64,000 nt of DNA from an uncultured Solirubrobacteraceae bacterium (GCA_964588985.1 CAZPQW010000002.1:160001-224000), one strand, 5' to 3'. Shown: positions 29,026-38,085, counted from the stretch's first letter. The notes: generated from the letters alone by a model not told the origin. Numbers and translations: made by a program.

Positions 29026-29991
29026 TCACTCGGCCGCGCGCCTAACCTGCCACGTGTCGAGCAGGAACTCGACGACCGCTACCGCAGCGTTGAACGCTAG
29101 GCGTCCATGACGGCTCAGTGCTGGAGAACGCTTCGCGCGCCCGTGCCCGAGACCCAACTCGTTGCGCAGTTCTGCAAGCGACTGGATCGTCGTCACGAGA
29201 GTACGCAACGTCTTCTGCGCAGCCTGACTGCCCTTCGCCGAGTCCGGTACTGCCTCAGCGTTCAGGCGCAGCGCGCTCGCGACCAGCTTGTAGAGGTCGA
29301 GCACCTCGGCTCGCGGAGCGTAGGCGATCCCGTAGTCATCGAGGATCAGCTTGCAGATGGTCTCGACCATCTCCTTCGAGGAGGCAATCGCTTCGGCGGG
29401 ATCTCGCGCCAAGCCGCGCTCGATTCGGGAGAGATGGTCGCGAATCGCCGCAGGATCATCGAGCCGATCGTGGTCATTGAGATCGAGTGATCTCGCTGGC
29501 GACTTTAGGCCGGTTCGCGGGCGTCCCGCGAATACGGGCTTGCCGGAAAGCTGTGAGACCTCCGCGACTTCCCATCCGTCGCGCGCGAGGCACTCGTTGA
29601 AAAACGCGAGCAAGATCTCCACTTGCTCAGGGTCAGACCGCACAACCGGATGTAGCATCTCGCTGAGGAACCTGACGAAGATGTCATCCCGCCCGTTGCG
29701 CAGCTCAAAGCGCGGGTCCCCGTACACCCAGTCGTCCTCCCAATCGTAGTTGCGGACACGGTGCTGGATGATGTCCCCAACGGCGTCCTTGAAGCGCGAG
29801 TCGGTGGACGTCATCAGCTCCAATGGCCACACGCGGCCGAGAAAATCGACCTCATCCAGGCGTCCCCACCATGCCACCTGCTCAGCGGAGAGATAGTCCG
29901 TGATGTCACGTCGGGTGATTGCGGTGATCGTTGGCGGCTTGAGGCGGGTGGGCGGCACACCACCATTCTGAGGCGTGTGGCGGGGGTACAA
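29026..29991 (-). CDS. Abortive-infection family protein (AbiJ N-terminal domain + Abi_C/HEPN-like C terminus)
   Basis: N-terminal WWGRLDEVDFLGRVW...STDSRF...DIIQHRVRNYDWEDDWV...HPVVR; C-terminal AIASSKEMVETICK...ELRNELGLGHG. Start may be slightly downstream. Confidence 0.8.
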   Translation of the reverse strand: MYPRHTPQNGGVPPTRLKPPTITAITRRDITDYLSAEQVAWWGRLDEVDFLGRVWPLELMTSTDSRFKDAVGDIIQHRVRNYDWEDDWVYGDPRFELRNGRDDIFVRFLSEMLHPVVRSDPEQVEILLAFFNECLARDGWEVAEVSQLSGKPVFAGRPRTGLKSPARSLDLNDHDRLDDPAAIRDHLSRIERGLARDPAEAIASSKEMVETICKLILDDYGIAYAPRAEVLDLYKLVASALRLNAEAVPDSAKGSQAAQKTLRTLVTTIQSLAELRNELGLGHGRAKRSPALSRHGRLAFNAAVAVVEFLLDTWQVRRAAE

Positions 29992-30236
29992 CGCCGAGGG
30001 CGGGAAAGCATCAGCTCATGCCGCCTGGCGTGTCGGCCACGGCATCAAGGGGATCGTGTCCGCGAAACGCTTGTAGTCGATCGGATCCGAGACGAGTCGC
30101 GAGACCCACCCGTGGCGCTGCGAGACACTGGCGGCACCTGGCCCATACCCCGGATGCAGCTCGGGCGAGGTCGCAGAATGGGCCTCCGTGTCATAGGCCG
30201 GAGTGACCTCAGGGCGATGAACCCACTGACGCTCTG

Positions 30237-30605
30237 CTACTTCGCAGGCTTGGGCAGTTTTGGGGCGGGTAGCGAGGGTAGCGTGGGCACCTTCTGGTTG
30301 TCGGGGATCTCGATATGCGTGTACGAGGTGAACAGCCAGTTAGCCGCACCGGTAGGCAGTCCAGCGATCGCCCAGTTCCTCGGTCCTCCTTGTGGTGGTA
30401 GCTGGAAGACGACCACCTTCGCTTTAGACAGAAGCAGGACCGGTCGGATGAGATCACGCCAATATGCCGCGTCGTGTCCGTTGACGACCCAAACGTCGGG
30501 TACACGATGCCACCAACCTCTCGCGTGCGCCTTCACAATCGCCTGCACGGCGTTACGCTGCGGATCGTTTGCTTCCGAGGTTGCAATGAGGAACATCTCA
30601 GCCAT
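30237..30605 (-). CDS. Hypothetical protein, Cas2/VapD-like pattern
   Basis: MFLIA...GWWHRVPDVWVV...YWRDLI...VVVFQL...AANWL; start overlaps the upstream gene and follows GAGG. Confidence 0.7.
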   Translation of the reverse strand: MAEMFLIATSEANDPQRNAVQAIVKAHARGWWHRVPDVWVVNGHDAAYWRDLIRPVLLLSKAKVVVFQLPPQGGPRNWAIAGLPTGAANWLFTSYTHIEIPDNQKVPTLPSLPAPKLPKPAK

Positions 30606-31011
30606 GTTCGCCCTCGCCTAGCTGTCCTGGACCCGGCGCGCTCACCGTACCCTCGATGATCGTGTCGCCGCCGCCGAGCCCTTCGACGTGCTCGCCTGCC
30701 AGGCTGTCACCGAGCGTCAGGCGGCGAAGGGATTCGTACTCGCTTCCGCTCAGCTGCCCAACTTGAAGCCCTGTCGGGTCTTTCGACGCCTGTCTCATGA
30801 CGCCGACCAACAACCCGATGCCGGTCAGCCAAACGGCGAGAAGGATCAAGCCAATCAGCCATGCGGACCCCGTACCCACCAACGCAACGGCGACGATTAT
30901 CGCCGTAGTTGCGAGCACCAGAAAGATGCCGAACAGGAACCCGAGGATCGTCCTGGGCTGCGTCGAAGTGCGACTCGCGATCGAGTGGATCATCTGAGGG
31001 ACGATTGCCAC
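30598..31011 (-). CDS. Hypothetical 2-TM membrane protein
   Basis: Two long hydrophobic helices then a soluble tail; GAGG RBS. Confidence 0.7.
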   Translation of the reverse strand: MAIVPQMIHSIASRTSTQPRTILGFLFGIFLVLATTAIIVAVALVGTGSAWLIGLILLAVWLTGIGLLVGVMRQASKDPTGLQVGQLSGSEYESLRRLTLGDSLAGEHVEGLGGGDTIIEGTVSAPGPGQLGEGEHG

Positions 31012-31155
31012 AACGCAAAGCTACCTCAAGTTCCGGCTGTCAGCATTCCGTTTGGAACCGCATGCCAGTGTCGCACCGTTGTGCCCCCGACCGCGGATCA
31101 GTACAGCATTCGTCCCTAGCCGCGAAGCCGCTGCCCTCGTGCATATGCTCGTCTC

Positions 31156-31704
31156 ATGGAGAATCGCCGACTATTTGGGCTCGGGTTGATCGGGGCCGCC
31201 TGCATTGCGGCCTGTGTTGGCGCTCTCGTCTATGGGCTCGTACAGGATCCGCAGGTAGCCGGTCCGATAGCCGGTGCGATTGGCGTCGTCGCAGCTGCCG
31301 TGGTGCAACGGCGATGGGAGAAGCGCCAGGAACTCGAGCGGCTCCGTCGCGAGCAGCTGGCCCCGATCTACGAGCAGCTAATCGGCATCGTCAAGACGAT
31401 CGGCGAGGAGCAGGCCGCGACTGCTGACTTTTTCCAGGACTTCTCAACGAAGCTGGTGCTCTACGGTCCGCCGGCGATCATCAAGTCCTGGAACGCTTTC
31501 CGCGCGCTTGAAATGCCGGAGGACATGACTGACCCGACCTACCTCCTGACCTACGAGCAGTTGCTTTTCCTCATGCGCAAAGATCTCGGTCACGACGACT
31601 CAACCCTCCTGCCCGGCGATCTACTCCGCGTGTATGTCAACGACTTCGACGAGATGCGCGGGCTGTGGATCGCGAAGCAGGCCGCAGCCGGTGGCGGCCA
31701 CTGA
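31156..31704 (+). CDS. Hypothetical protein, N-terminal TM hairpin + helical soluble domain
   Basis: Hydrophobic N terminus, then IYEQL...MRKDLGH...GDLLRVYVND; coding-like codon usage. Confidence 0.75.
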   Translation: MENRRLFGLGLIGAACIAACVGALVYGLVQDPQVAGPIAGAIGVVAAAVVQRRWEKRQELERLRREQLAPIYEQLIGIVKTIGEEQAATADFFQDFSTKLVLYGPPAIIKSWNAFRALEMPEDMTDPTYLLTYEQLLFLMRKDLGHDDSTLLPGDLLRVYVNDFDEMRGLWIAKQAAAGGGH

Positions 31705-31894
31705 TTTCGTGAGCGGCGTCGTTCACGTCCGTCGTGCATCACGAGGCAACGAGCCGCGTCCAGATGGGTACGGGTAGTGCTCTCGCGTATGTGCCAACGC
31801 TGTTGCTCAGCGTAGTTTCGTCAGCGTCGGGCGGTAGCGCGCTCGTCATGAGCTGCTGACCCACCGAATCCCACTGAGCCGTCGACTGGAACCC

Positions 31895-32137
31895 TCAGCG
31901 TCTGCGCTTAGCTTGCTCGACGGCGAGAGCCAGTTCCGGCAGCGAGACGCCCAGTGCGTCGATGAGCTGCATGACGGTCGCCCATGCTGGTGCGCTTTTG
32001 GCTGACTCCAGACGGCTGACGGTGCCGACCGTGGTGTCGGCTCGGCTGGCGAGTTCTTCCTGCGTCAGGTCGCGAGCTTCGCGCAACTCCTTGATCGCCA
32101 GGCCGAGCGCTCGGTCCGGTGGGAGCGGCGGGGGCAT
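31895..32137 (-). CDS. XRE family HTH regulator
   Basis: LGLAIKELREARDLTQEELA...VSRLES...P...L..ALGV. Confidence 0.88.
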   Translation of the reverse strand: MPPPLPPDRALGLAIKELREARDLTQEELASRADTTVGTVSRLESAKSAPAWATVMQLIDALGVSLPELALAVEQAKRRR

Positions 32138-32279
32138 CGACCGGGAGCCTCGCAGGCGCAACCGCTTACGTCCATGCTCGTACTACGTTGCGCGTAAGCG
32201 TTATGCTTCGGGAGCAATAACCAAAGTGCCCCCGCGCCGCGTCAACGGCCGGGGGCGTGGCAAAGGAGCCTTAACTCCA

Positions 32280-33050
32280 ATGCAGCTGGAGGATATCCCG
32301 CGAGCTGTGCCCCCGGTCGTAGCGGTCTACGGCCAGGAGAGCGAAAACGAAGTGCTGGCCGATGAGCTGGCGCTTGACGGCTTCGATACTCGGTTGGTCA
32401 GCGATCCCGCGATGCTCGGCGAGGTCGATCTGATCGTGTTTGGCCGTGCGTTGAAGCGAGGCGCAGGGCTCGGCGCTCTACGCGCCCTGCGAGGAGGTGG
32501 GCTCGCGGGCTCCAGTGCTCGTGTCCTTTGGGTCAGCACCAGCAGCGACCCCATCGACACGCTGCGTGCGTTCGAGGCCGGTGCGGACGACGTGATCCGC
32601 GCGCCGTTCGTGTACGCGGAGCTGTTCGCGCGAGTGCGGGCGCTTCTGCGTCGGTCCACTGGGGAGACGCCTCCCGTGATCCGATACGGCGCGCTGACGA
32701 TCCACACGGCTACACGCACCGTGATCTATGGATCGACGCTCGTGGAGCTACGCAGACGCGAATACGCGCTGCTGCTCCATCTGGCGCGGGAGCCGACCCG
32801 CGTGTTCGCCAAGACGGAGCTGCTGCGGCGAGTGTGGGGATACCCGTCGCAGGACACGACGCGGACGGTGGAGACACACGCCTCGCGGCTGCGTTGCTAG
32901 CTCGCAAAGGCTGGCGCGATCGGCTGGGTGTCTTCGACGTGGGGTGTCGGCTACTGCCTCGCGCCCCTCGCACAACTATCAACAGGAGGAACGCATGGAG
33001 AACCGAACGGAGCTGATCCGCTTCGGCGAACAGCTAAGACGGGTGCGTGA
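32280..33050 (+). pseudogene. OmpR/PhoB-like response regulator with in-frame TAG at 32898-32900
   Basis: AGADDVIRAPF...ELFARVRALLRR...REYALL...TRTVETHASRLRC*LAKAG...WGVGY; homology continues past the stop. Confidence 0.8.
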
Positions 33051-33231
33051 GCAACGGCGGCTTACCGTCGCTGATCTGGCCGGCAGGAGCAACATCAGCG
33101 CGACGCGAGTAGCGAAGCTCGAGGCCGGCCTGACTGACCCGAGATTCGACGTGCTGGTTGCCTTGTCCCGTGGCCTGGGCGTTGGACTGACCGCGCTGAT
33201 CCCCGACGACGAGGGAGATCAGGCGAGCTAG
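32995..33231 (+). CDS. XRE family HTH regulator
   Basis: AGGAGG RBS; FGEQLRRVREQRRLTVADLA...LEAGLTDPRF..LVALSRGLGV. Confidence 0.88.
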   Translation: MENRTELIRFGEQLRRVREQRRLTVADLAGRSNISATRVAKLEAGLTDPRFDVLVALSRGLGVGLTALIPDDEGDQAS

Positions 33232-33247
33232 CGGGTCCGGGCCTTCG

Positions 33248-33475
33248 TCAAAGTAGCCGGCTGAATTCTTCGCGGCTGATTCCGGCGGTGCGCAGGATGT
33301 TGCCGAGCGTGCCCTTCTTGATCGGCTGGTTGCCGTGGACGGGGACAGGGACCGCGTCGGGGATGCTGGGGTGGCGCAGGATGTGGTGGCTGCCGCGGAT
33401 GCGCTTGACGTACCAGCCCTGGCCTTCGAGGATCTTGACGAGCTGCTTGCCCGTGACGGCTGGGGTCTGGCTCAC
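33248..33475 (-). CDS. hicA: HicA family toxin
   Basis: GW...RIRGSHHILRH...VPVH...GTLGNILRTAG. Confidence 0.92.
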   Translation of the reverse strand: MSQTPAVTGKQLVKILEGQGWYVKRIRGSHHILRHPSIPDAVPVPVHGNQPIKKGTLGNILRTAGISREEFSRLL

Positions 33476-33696
33476 GCGGCGTGGACCGCTACGCGGTCAC
33501 GATGCACCGAGGGGATGGGAAGGCCATCCTCGTGCATCACTTCGAGATACCCCTCGATTGCCTCTTGGGCGTTCGCGCGTGCTTCCTCGATCGTCTCGCC
33601 CTGAGTGGCGACACTCGGAAGCTCGGGCACGAACACGCTGTAGCCGCCCTCTGGCTCGGCCACGATCACGACATCAAACATGCGTTCTGCGCTCAT
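33472..33696 (-). CDS. hicB: HicB family antitoxin (short, no DNA-binding domain)
   Basis: GGYSVFVPELPSVATQGETIEEARANAQEAI; GTGA coupling to hicA. Confidence 0.92.
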   Translation of the reverse strand: MSAERMFDVVIVAEPEGGYSVFVPELPSVATQGETIEEARANAQEAIEGYLEVMHEDGLPIPSVHRDRVAVHAA

Positions 33697-33765
33697 TGGT
33701 CTGTCAAACGATAGCGCCGACAGTCGCGGTCGGTTCGGGATGACAGGGGAGGGGGCGCTGGAGCG

Positions 33766-33963
33766 TCAGCCCTCACCGTCTGTGGGCAGCGTCCCGAAGT
33801 GCTGCTCGAACTCCTCCGGGGTTAGCTCGCGCTCGTCATTGCGAGAGAGCATCGCCTTGACGCTCAAATCAGGGCGCAAGACCACACAGCCATCGGGACG
33901 ACGTTCCTCGACCACGTAGTCGCCCGACAGGTCGCCGCTGAGCGTCACACGAGCCGATTCCAT
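33766..33963 (-). CDS. Small hypothetical protein (65 aa)
   Basis: MESARVTLSGDLSGDYVVEERRPDG..VLRP...ELTPEEFEQHFG; protein-like composition. Confidence 0.6.
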   Translation of the reverse strand: MESARVTLSGDLSGDYVVEERRPDGCVVLRPDLSVKAMLSRNDERELTPEEFEQHFGTLPTDGEG

Positions 33964-34253
33964 CGCTCGTACTGTCGCACGCTGCAACGACCGATCCAAG
34001 CCGACCGTCGTCGCGGCCCCCTGCCGATGTCGGTCACTTTGCCGGCACTGCAACGACCAAACAGACGTGATGCACACACCTGCGGGTGCTGTGCGATCGC
34101 TGTGTCACCTGAACGCGACCTCGCGCCTCAAGCAGCGCCCTCAGGGATCCTGAAGAAGAGATCGCGAAGCCCTTGACCTTTCATCCGCATATGCACACGC
34201 CGAGAAACGGACGGCGGGGCTGCGTGAGATCTGGGACTGTTAGGGTGTTCGGA

Positions 34254-35480
34254 ATGACGACGCGATTGAGCATTGTGTGCATCTCGGCTGCGTTGGTCTT
34301 CGCGGGGCCGGGTTCGGGGCTTGCAAACGCTGCTTCGGGACCGCGTGTCAGCGTTTCGCCGACGACTGTCGGCGCCGGCGATGTCCTGACGGTAAGGCTG
34401 AGCGCCAGTCGTGGGCAGCGTTGCGTCCTGTCATTGAGGGCTGACCGGTATGGAGCTCGGGCCCGCTACGAGCGCAAGATCACGTCGGGCCGAACCAGGG
34501 TCTACATCAGTGCCAGAGCTGCTGCCGGTCCGCGTGTATTGAAGGTCAGATGTGGGGCTCGCTCTGCAACGGTGCGATTTCGCGTTGCCGTGGCTGGGGT
34601 GCGTAACACGGGGATTCCCGGCGCCCCAACTCCAGATGAACAAGGCTTTGTTGCCGGCACGTCCGGATCACAGGAAGAGGCTCCGACCGTGGGACAGCTC
34701 GGCGGCGGTGACTACCCGAACTCGCGGATAGCTGAAATTGGGCTCGGCAAGGTTGGGCAGAACCTCTTTACGCCCGGCCCGCTTGATCATGGGCAGTGCA
34801 AGCAGGCTGTCAACGACTGGGTAGCCCAAGCGTCTGGAGGTACGCAGCGCATGGGTACCGACTATTACACGAACTATGCGCGCAACGGTGGCCAGCAGAT
34901 CTCCCGAGACGATGCGGTCGAGGGGGACATCATCCAGCTGGACAATCCCAGCGATATCGCCAACTACTATCGAGGCATGCATACTGCGGTCGTCGTCTCG
35001 CATAGCGCAGGTTCGAACACCTTTGATGTCGTTGATTCGAACTTCATGCTGGACGATGTTGTGAGGCACCATCCTTGGGATCCCTACGCGGCAGGGCAGA
35101 AGTACGGGCTACGTGTGACCATTTGGCGTATGGGGACCGTTACTGAAACGCCCGTACCCCAGCCTCAGCCCCAGCCGATTCCTCAGCCTCCCGCTCCGAG
35201 CTACCTCGAGACGACAGGTGGTGTGACGCATACATGGACGAACTACGTGAATGCGGGTGGCAGCGAAGGCCCGGCGATCCCTTCGAATGCGACGGTGCAG
35301 ATTGCATGCAAGATTCCAGGGTTCCGGGTCAGCGATGGCAACACATGGTGGTACCGAATCGCGTCGAGCCCCTGGAACGGTGCTTTCTACGCATCGGCGG
35401 ATGCCTTCTATAACAACGGGCAGACCTCGGGGAGCCTTCACGGCACTCCATTTGTCGACCCCAACGTGGCGGACTGCTAG
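34254..35480 (+). CDS. Secreted CHAP-like cell-wall amidase with C-terminal SH3-like domain
   Basis: Signal peptide; GQCKQAV (Cys), GDIIQ, HTAVV (His), VVDSNF; PQ linker; C-terminal VQIACK...NTWWYRI domain. Confidence 0.75.
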   Translation: MTTRLSIVCISAALVFAGPGSGLANAASGPRVSVSPTTVGAGDVLTVRLSASRGQRCVLSLRADRYGARARYERKITSGRTRVYISARAAAGPRVLKVRCGARSATVRFRVAVAGVRNTGIPGAPTPDEQGFVAGTSGSQEEAPTVGQLGGGDYPNSRIAEIGLGKVGQNLFTPGPLDHGQCKQAVNDWVAQASGGTQRMGTDYYTNYARNGGQQISRDDAVEGDIIQLDNPSDIANYYRGMHTAVVVSHSAGSNTFDVVDSNFMLDDVVRHHPWDPYAAGQKYGLRVTIWRMGTVTETPVPQPQPQPIPQPPAPSYLETTGGVTHTWTNYVNAGGSEGPAIPSNATVQIACKIPGFRVSDGNTWWYRIASSPWNGAFYASADAFYNNGQTSGSLHGTPFVDPNVADC

Positions 35481-35610
35481 CTAATCCTTCAGCTCTGAGG
35501 CGCTGCTTGCCCTGAGCTTGACGCTCGAGCCCGAGGTCCCGCGGCCGCGGGCTGGTTCGCACGCCGCGGAGAGACACTTCTCCCGCGCGCAAATTCAGTA
35601 GGCTTGAACT

Positions 35611-37701
35611 GTGCGGGGAATGCGGCTATTGGTTGCGATCACGATGATGTCGCTGGCGCTCGCGGATGCAGGTGCGGCGGGTGCCAGTACGGCCGCGTCA
35701 TCCGCGGCTGCACGTTCGGGCTCGGTGACGGTTCGTGTGCTGGGGCTGCCGAGGGGTGAGCGCCCGGCGGGAGTGCTGAGTGGTCCGCGTGGACTGCGCC
35801 GGGCAATCGTCGGGCGCGAAGTCACGATCGGAAGGCTGCCGGCCGGTGCCTACCGTCTGACATTGAACCGCGTGACGCTCCTGCATGCCAGCGGGGCGAT
35901 CAAGCGGGGCGCGACGGCGACGGCCTTGAAGCGGAGCATCACAGTACGAGTACTGGCCAGACACCGCTCATTGCTGGTGGGCAGGTACACGACGATCGTC
36001 AACCCAGGCCTGAAGGTCCTCAGCGGTGGAGTCATATCGGTTGTGGGCGCTCCGGAGAACCCCTCTCGCATCGTCCTGAAGGGCCACGTGGCACTGGCAC
36101 GCGGTGCGGTGCTCTCGCTGCCGCCGAGTCTGAGCCTGCCACGTGGCCTGCTCTCGGATGTCGTATCGGTCGCCTATGGGCCTGGCACGACTTCGGTCTC
36201 GCTCACCGCGGCGAGCATCTATCAGGTGGCCCCCAACTTCGAATTCAATGTCCCGCTTCAGGAGACGCAGGCGGTAGCCGCCGATGCTGGCTGTGGGTCT
36301 GCGAGCGGCATATCTCCCTACAGGCGAATCAAGAACGTCTCGTTCTCGGGTGGATGGTCGACCGTGGATGTCTTTGGCGTCCACATCAAAGACGGCGTGC
36401 GGGCATCGGTGCATTTCGACGTCGAAGCCGGCGTTGACGTCACAGCCGCAGTTGGAATCTCCTGCTCCGTCGGCGCGTCCTTCTATGCGGACGGTATGGC
36501 GGGCCCGATTCCCGTCACGGCGGGCATCGAAGGCGACCTCAGCGGATCGGTGGCCGTGGGCGGTGCCCTCCACACGGGAGGCTCCATCGAAGTCAACGCC
36601 GGCGGTCACACGATCGGTGTCCCGCCGGCTCTCCTGTTGATCCCCGAAGTCTCCTTCGGGAACCCGCACTTCAGCCTGACCGCGCAGACCATCGCCCAGG
36701 CAAGCGCAGGGATTGGACTCACCGTCAAGGCGGGGATAGGCGTCGGCGGCGTCGGAAGTGTCACGCTGAACGTCGGCGCAGACCTGAAGTTCAGCGCTCA
36801 GCCAGGCTCGTGCAAGTGGGATGCGGAGTTCGGAGCCTTCTCCGTTGAGGGCGAGCTGCTCGACTGGCACCTCAGCACTCCATCGACGCCGGCCCTCTTC
36901 ACCGATCAGCTAGGGGGCAACTTCTGTGCTGCCCATCCTCCGCCTCCTCCGCCACCTCCGCCGCCACCGCCGCCTCCCCCGAGCGCCACGCGCCACATCG
37001 GCAGCTTTGCCGTGACCCCGGATCTCGCGTGTACGCTCGTGAGCCAGGAGGACGAACACGACGAGCTCTACACCGACTACAGCGGCAACGACGCCTGCGG
37101 CACGTTCATCGCCTATCAGGGAGAACTCTACGGCCCCGCCAACATTCCGGCCGGCGAGAACCTCGGGAGCTACACCCCGTGGATGCCGTCCGGGCAGACT
37201 CTCACCGGGGCCGGTACTGCCGCCGAACCGTACGTTCTGACCACGGCCGTGGTGGCCCCAGGGACGGAACTGCAGCTCACCGAGACCGACAGCTGGGTCA
37301 CCGGCGATACGAAGATCAACTCGTCCTACGCGGTGAGCAGCGCAAACGGCGACAGCAGCGAGGTGACGCTCTATCACGCTCAGGATTGCTACGCCGGCGA
37401 ATCAGACATCGGCACCGGCAGCTTCGACTCGGCCTCCCAGTCGGCGGGGTGCGTCCATGAAGAAGGCGATGGCTCGCAATTCCAGGAGCGACTCACGCCG
37501 CAGACTCCCGGTGCACAGAGCGTCGAGGACTTCTATTCGACCATCTGGACCGATGTGGCGACCCAGGCCCTTCTCCCTGGCGCCTGCACCTGCTCGGAAC
37601 TGCAGGACAACGGTGCAGCTGTGTCGTGGGAATTCCCACTGGAGGGAAGCGCTTCGGTCGCTCAGAGTTTGCAGCTCTCGTTCGTCGAAGGCGGCGTGTG
37701 A
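35611..37701 (+). CDS. Large secreted beta-rich protein with poly-Pro linker
   Basis: Signal peptide, basic N-terminal region, Gly/Val-rich core, poly-Pro run, acidic C-terminal domain. Confidence 0.75.
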   Translation: MRGMRLLVAITMMSLALADAGAAGASTAASSAAARSGSVTVRVLGLPRGERPAGVLSGPRGLRRAIVGREVTIGRLPAGAYRLTLNRVTLLHASGAIKRGATATALKRSITVRVLARHRSLLVGRYTTIVNPGLKVLSGGVISVVGAPENPSRIVLKGHVALARGAVLSLPPSLSLPRGLLSDVVSVAYGPGTTSVSLTAASIYQVAPNFEFNVPLQETQAVAADAGCGSASGISPYRRIKNVSFSGGWSTVDVFGVHIKDGVRASVHFDVEAGVDVTAAVGISCSVGASFYADGMAGPIPVTAGIEGDLSGSVAVGGALHTGGSIEVNAGGHTIGVPPALLLIPEVSFGNPHFSLTAQTIAQASAGIGLTVKAGIGVGGVGSVTLNVGADLKFSAQPGSCKWDAEFGAFSVEGELLDWHLSTPSTPALFTDQLGGNFCAAHPPPPPPPPPPPPPPPSATRHIGSFAVTPDLACTLVSQEDEHDELYTDYSGNDACGTFIAYQGELYGPANIPAGENLGSYTPWMPSGQTLTGAGTAAEPYVLTTAVVAPGTELQLTETDSWVTGDTKINSSYAVSSANGDSSEVTLYHAQDCYAGESDIGTGSFDSASQSAGCVHEEGDGSQFQERLTPQTPGAQSVEDFYSTIWTDVATQALLPGACTCSELQDNGAAVSWEFPLEGSASVAQSLQLSFVEGGV

Positions 37702-37754
37702 GATCGTCGTCACGCGGCTTCCGGAGCCCTGATACGCCTTTCTGAGTCTCGTGG

Positions 37755-38027
37755 CTACCGCCGAGACCGCTTCTCGCGCAGATCATCGACGCGGGTCATG
37801 AGTTCGCCAGGCGTGACGTTCAGGCCCTTACACAGCTTCAGCAAATTGCTGTAGGTGGGGTTGCCCAGACCCAGGGCATACGAGTTGACCAATTTGGTGC
37901 TCAGCCCGCCGTCAGCCGCCACAGATTCCTGTGTCATCTCGGCGTCTTCGGCGATGAAGAGCTCGATCGCCTGGGCGAGATCTGCGTGGTCTGAGCTGCG
38001 CGGTTTGGACTTCCTCTTACGTGGCAT
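37755..38027 (-). CDS. XRE family HTH regulator
   Basis: MTQESVA...GLGNPTYSNLLKLCKGLNVTPGELM. Confidence 0.8.
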   Translation of the reverse strand: MPRKRKSKPRSSDHADLAQAIELFIAEDAEMTQESVAADGGLSTKLVNSYALGLGNPTYSNLLKLCKGLNVTPGELMTRVDDLREKRSRR

Positions 38028-38055
38028 GGGCGCCAGCGTGACGCATCGGTGCGAG

Positions 38056-38085
38056 TCGCGATAACCCATATATGGGGTATCGTGA
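38056..38085. promoter_or_regulatory. 30 bp palindrome between divergent XRE genes
   Basis: TCGCGATAACCCATA-TATGGGGTATCGTGA, 15 bp arms with two mismatches. Confidence 0.65.

Noticed and set aside
30015-30230. Start-less minus-strand frame ending ...WVSRLVSDPIDYKRFADTIP...
   Set aside because: May be a gene remnant, but has no start codon and too little similarity to call.
32898-32900. Programmed amber recoding (pyrrolysine) in the response regulator
   Set aside because: No pyl genes or amber tRNA in the window, and TAG is a normal stop elsewhere; a single AAG to TAG change explains it.
34180-34188. TTCATCCGC as a possible attR of the tRNA-Gly island
   Set aside because: Only 9 bp match to the tRNA 3' end; compatible with chance.
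36936-36980. CCG/CCT/CCA repeat tract
   Set aside because: Encodes a poly-Pro linker with mixed codons; not a DNA-level repeat element.
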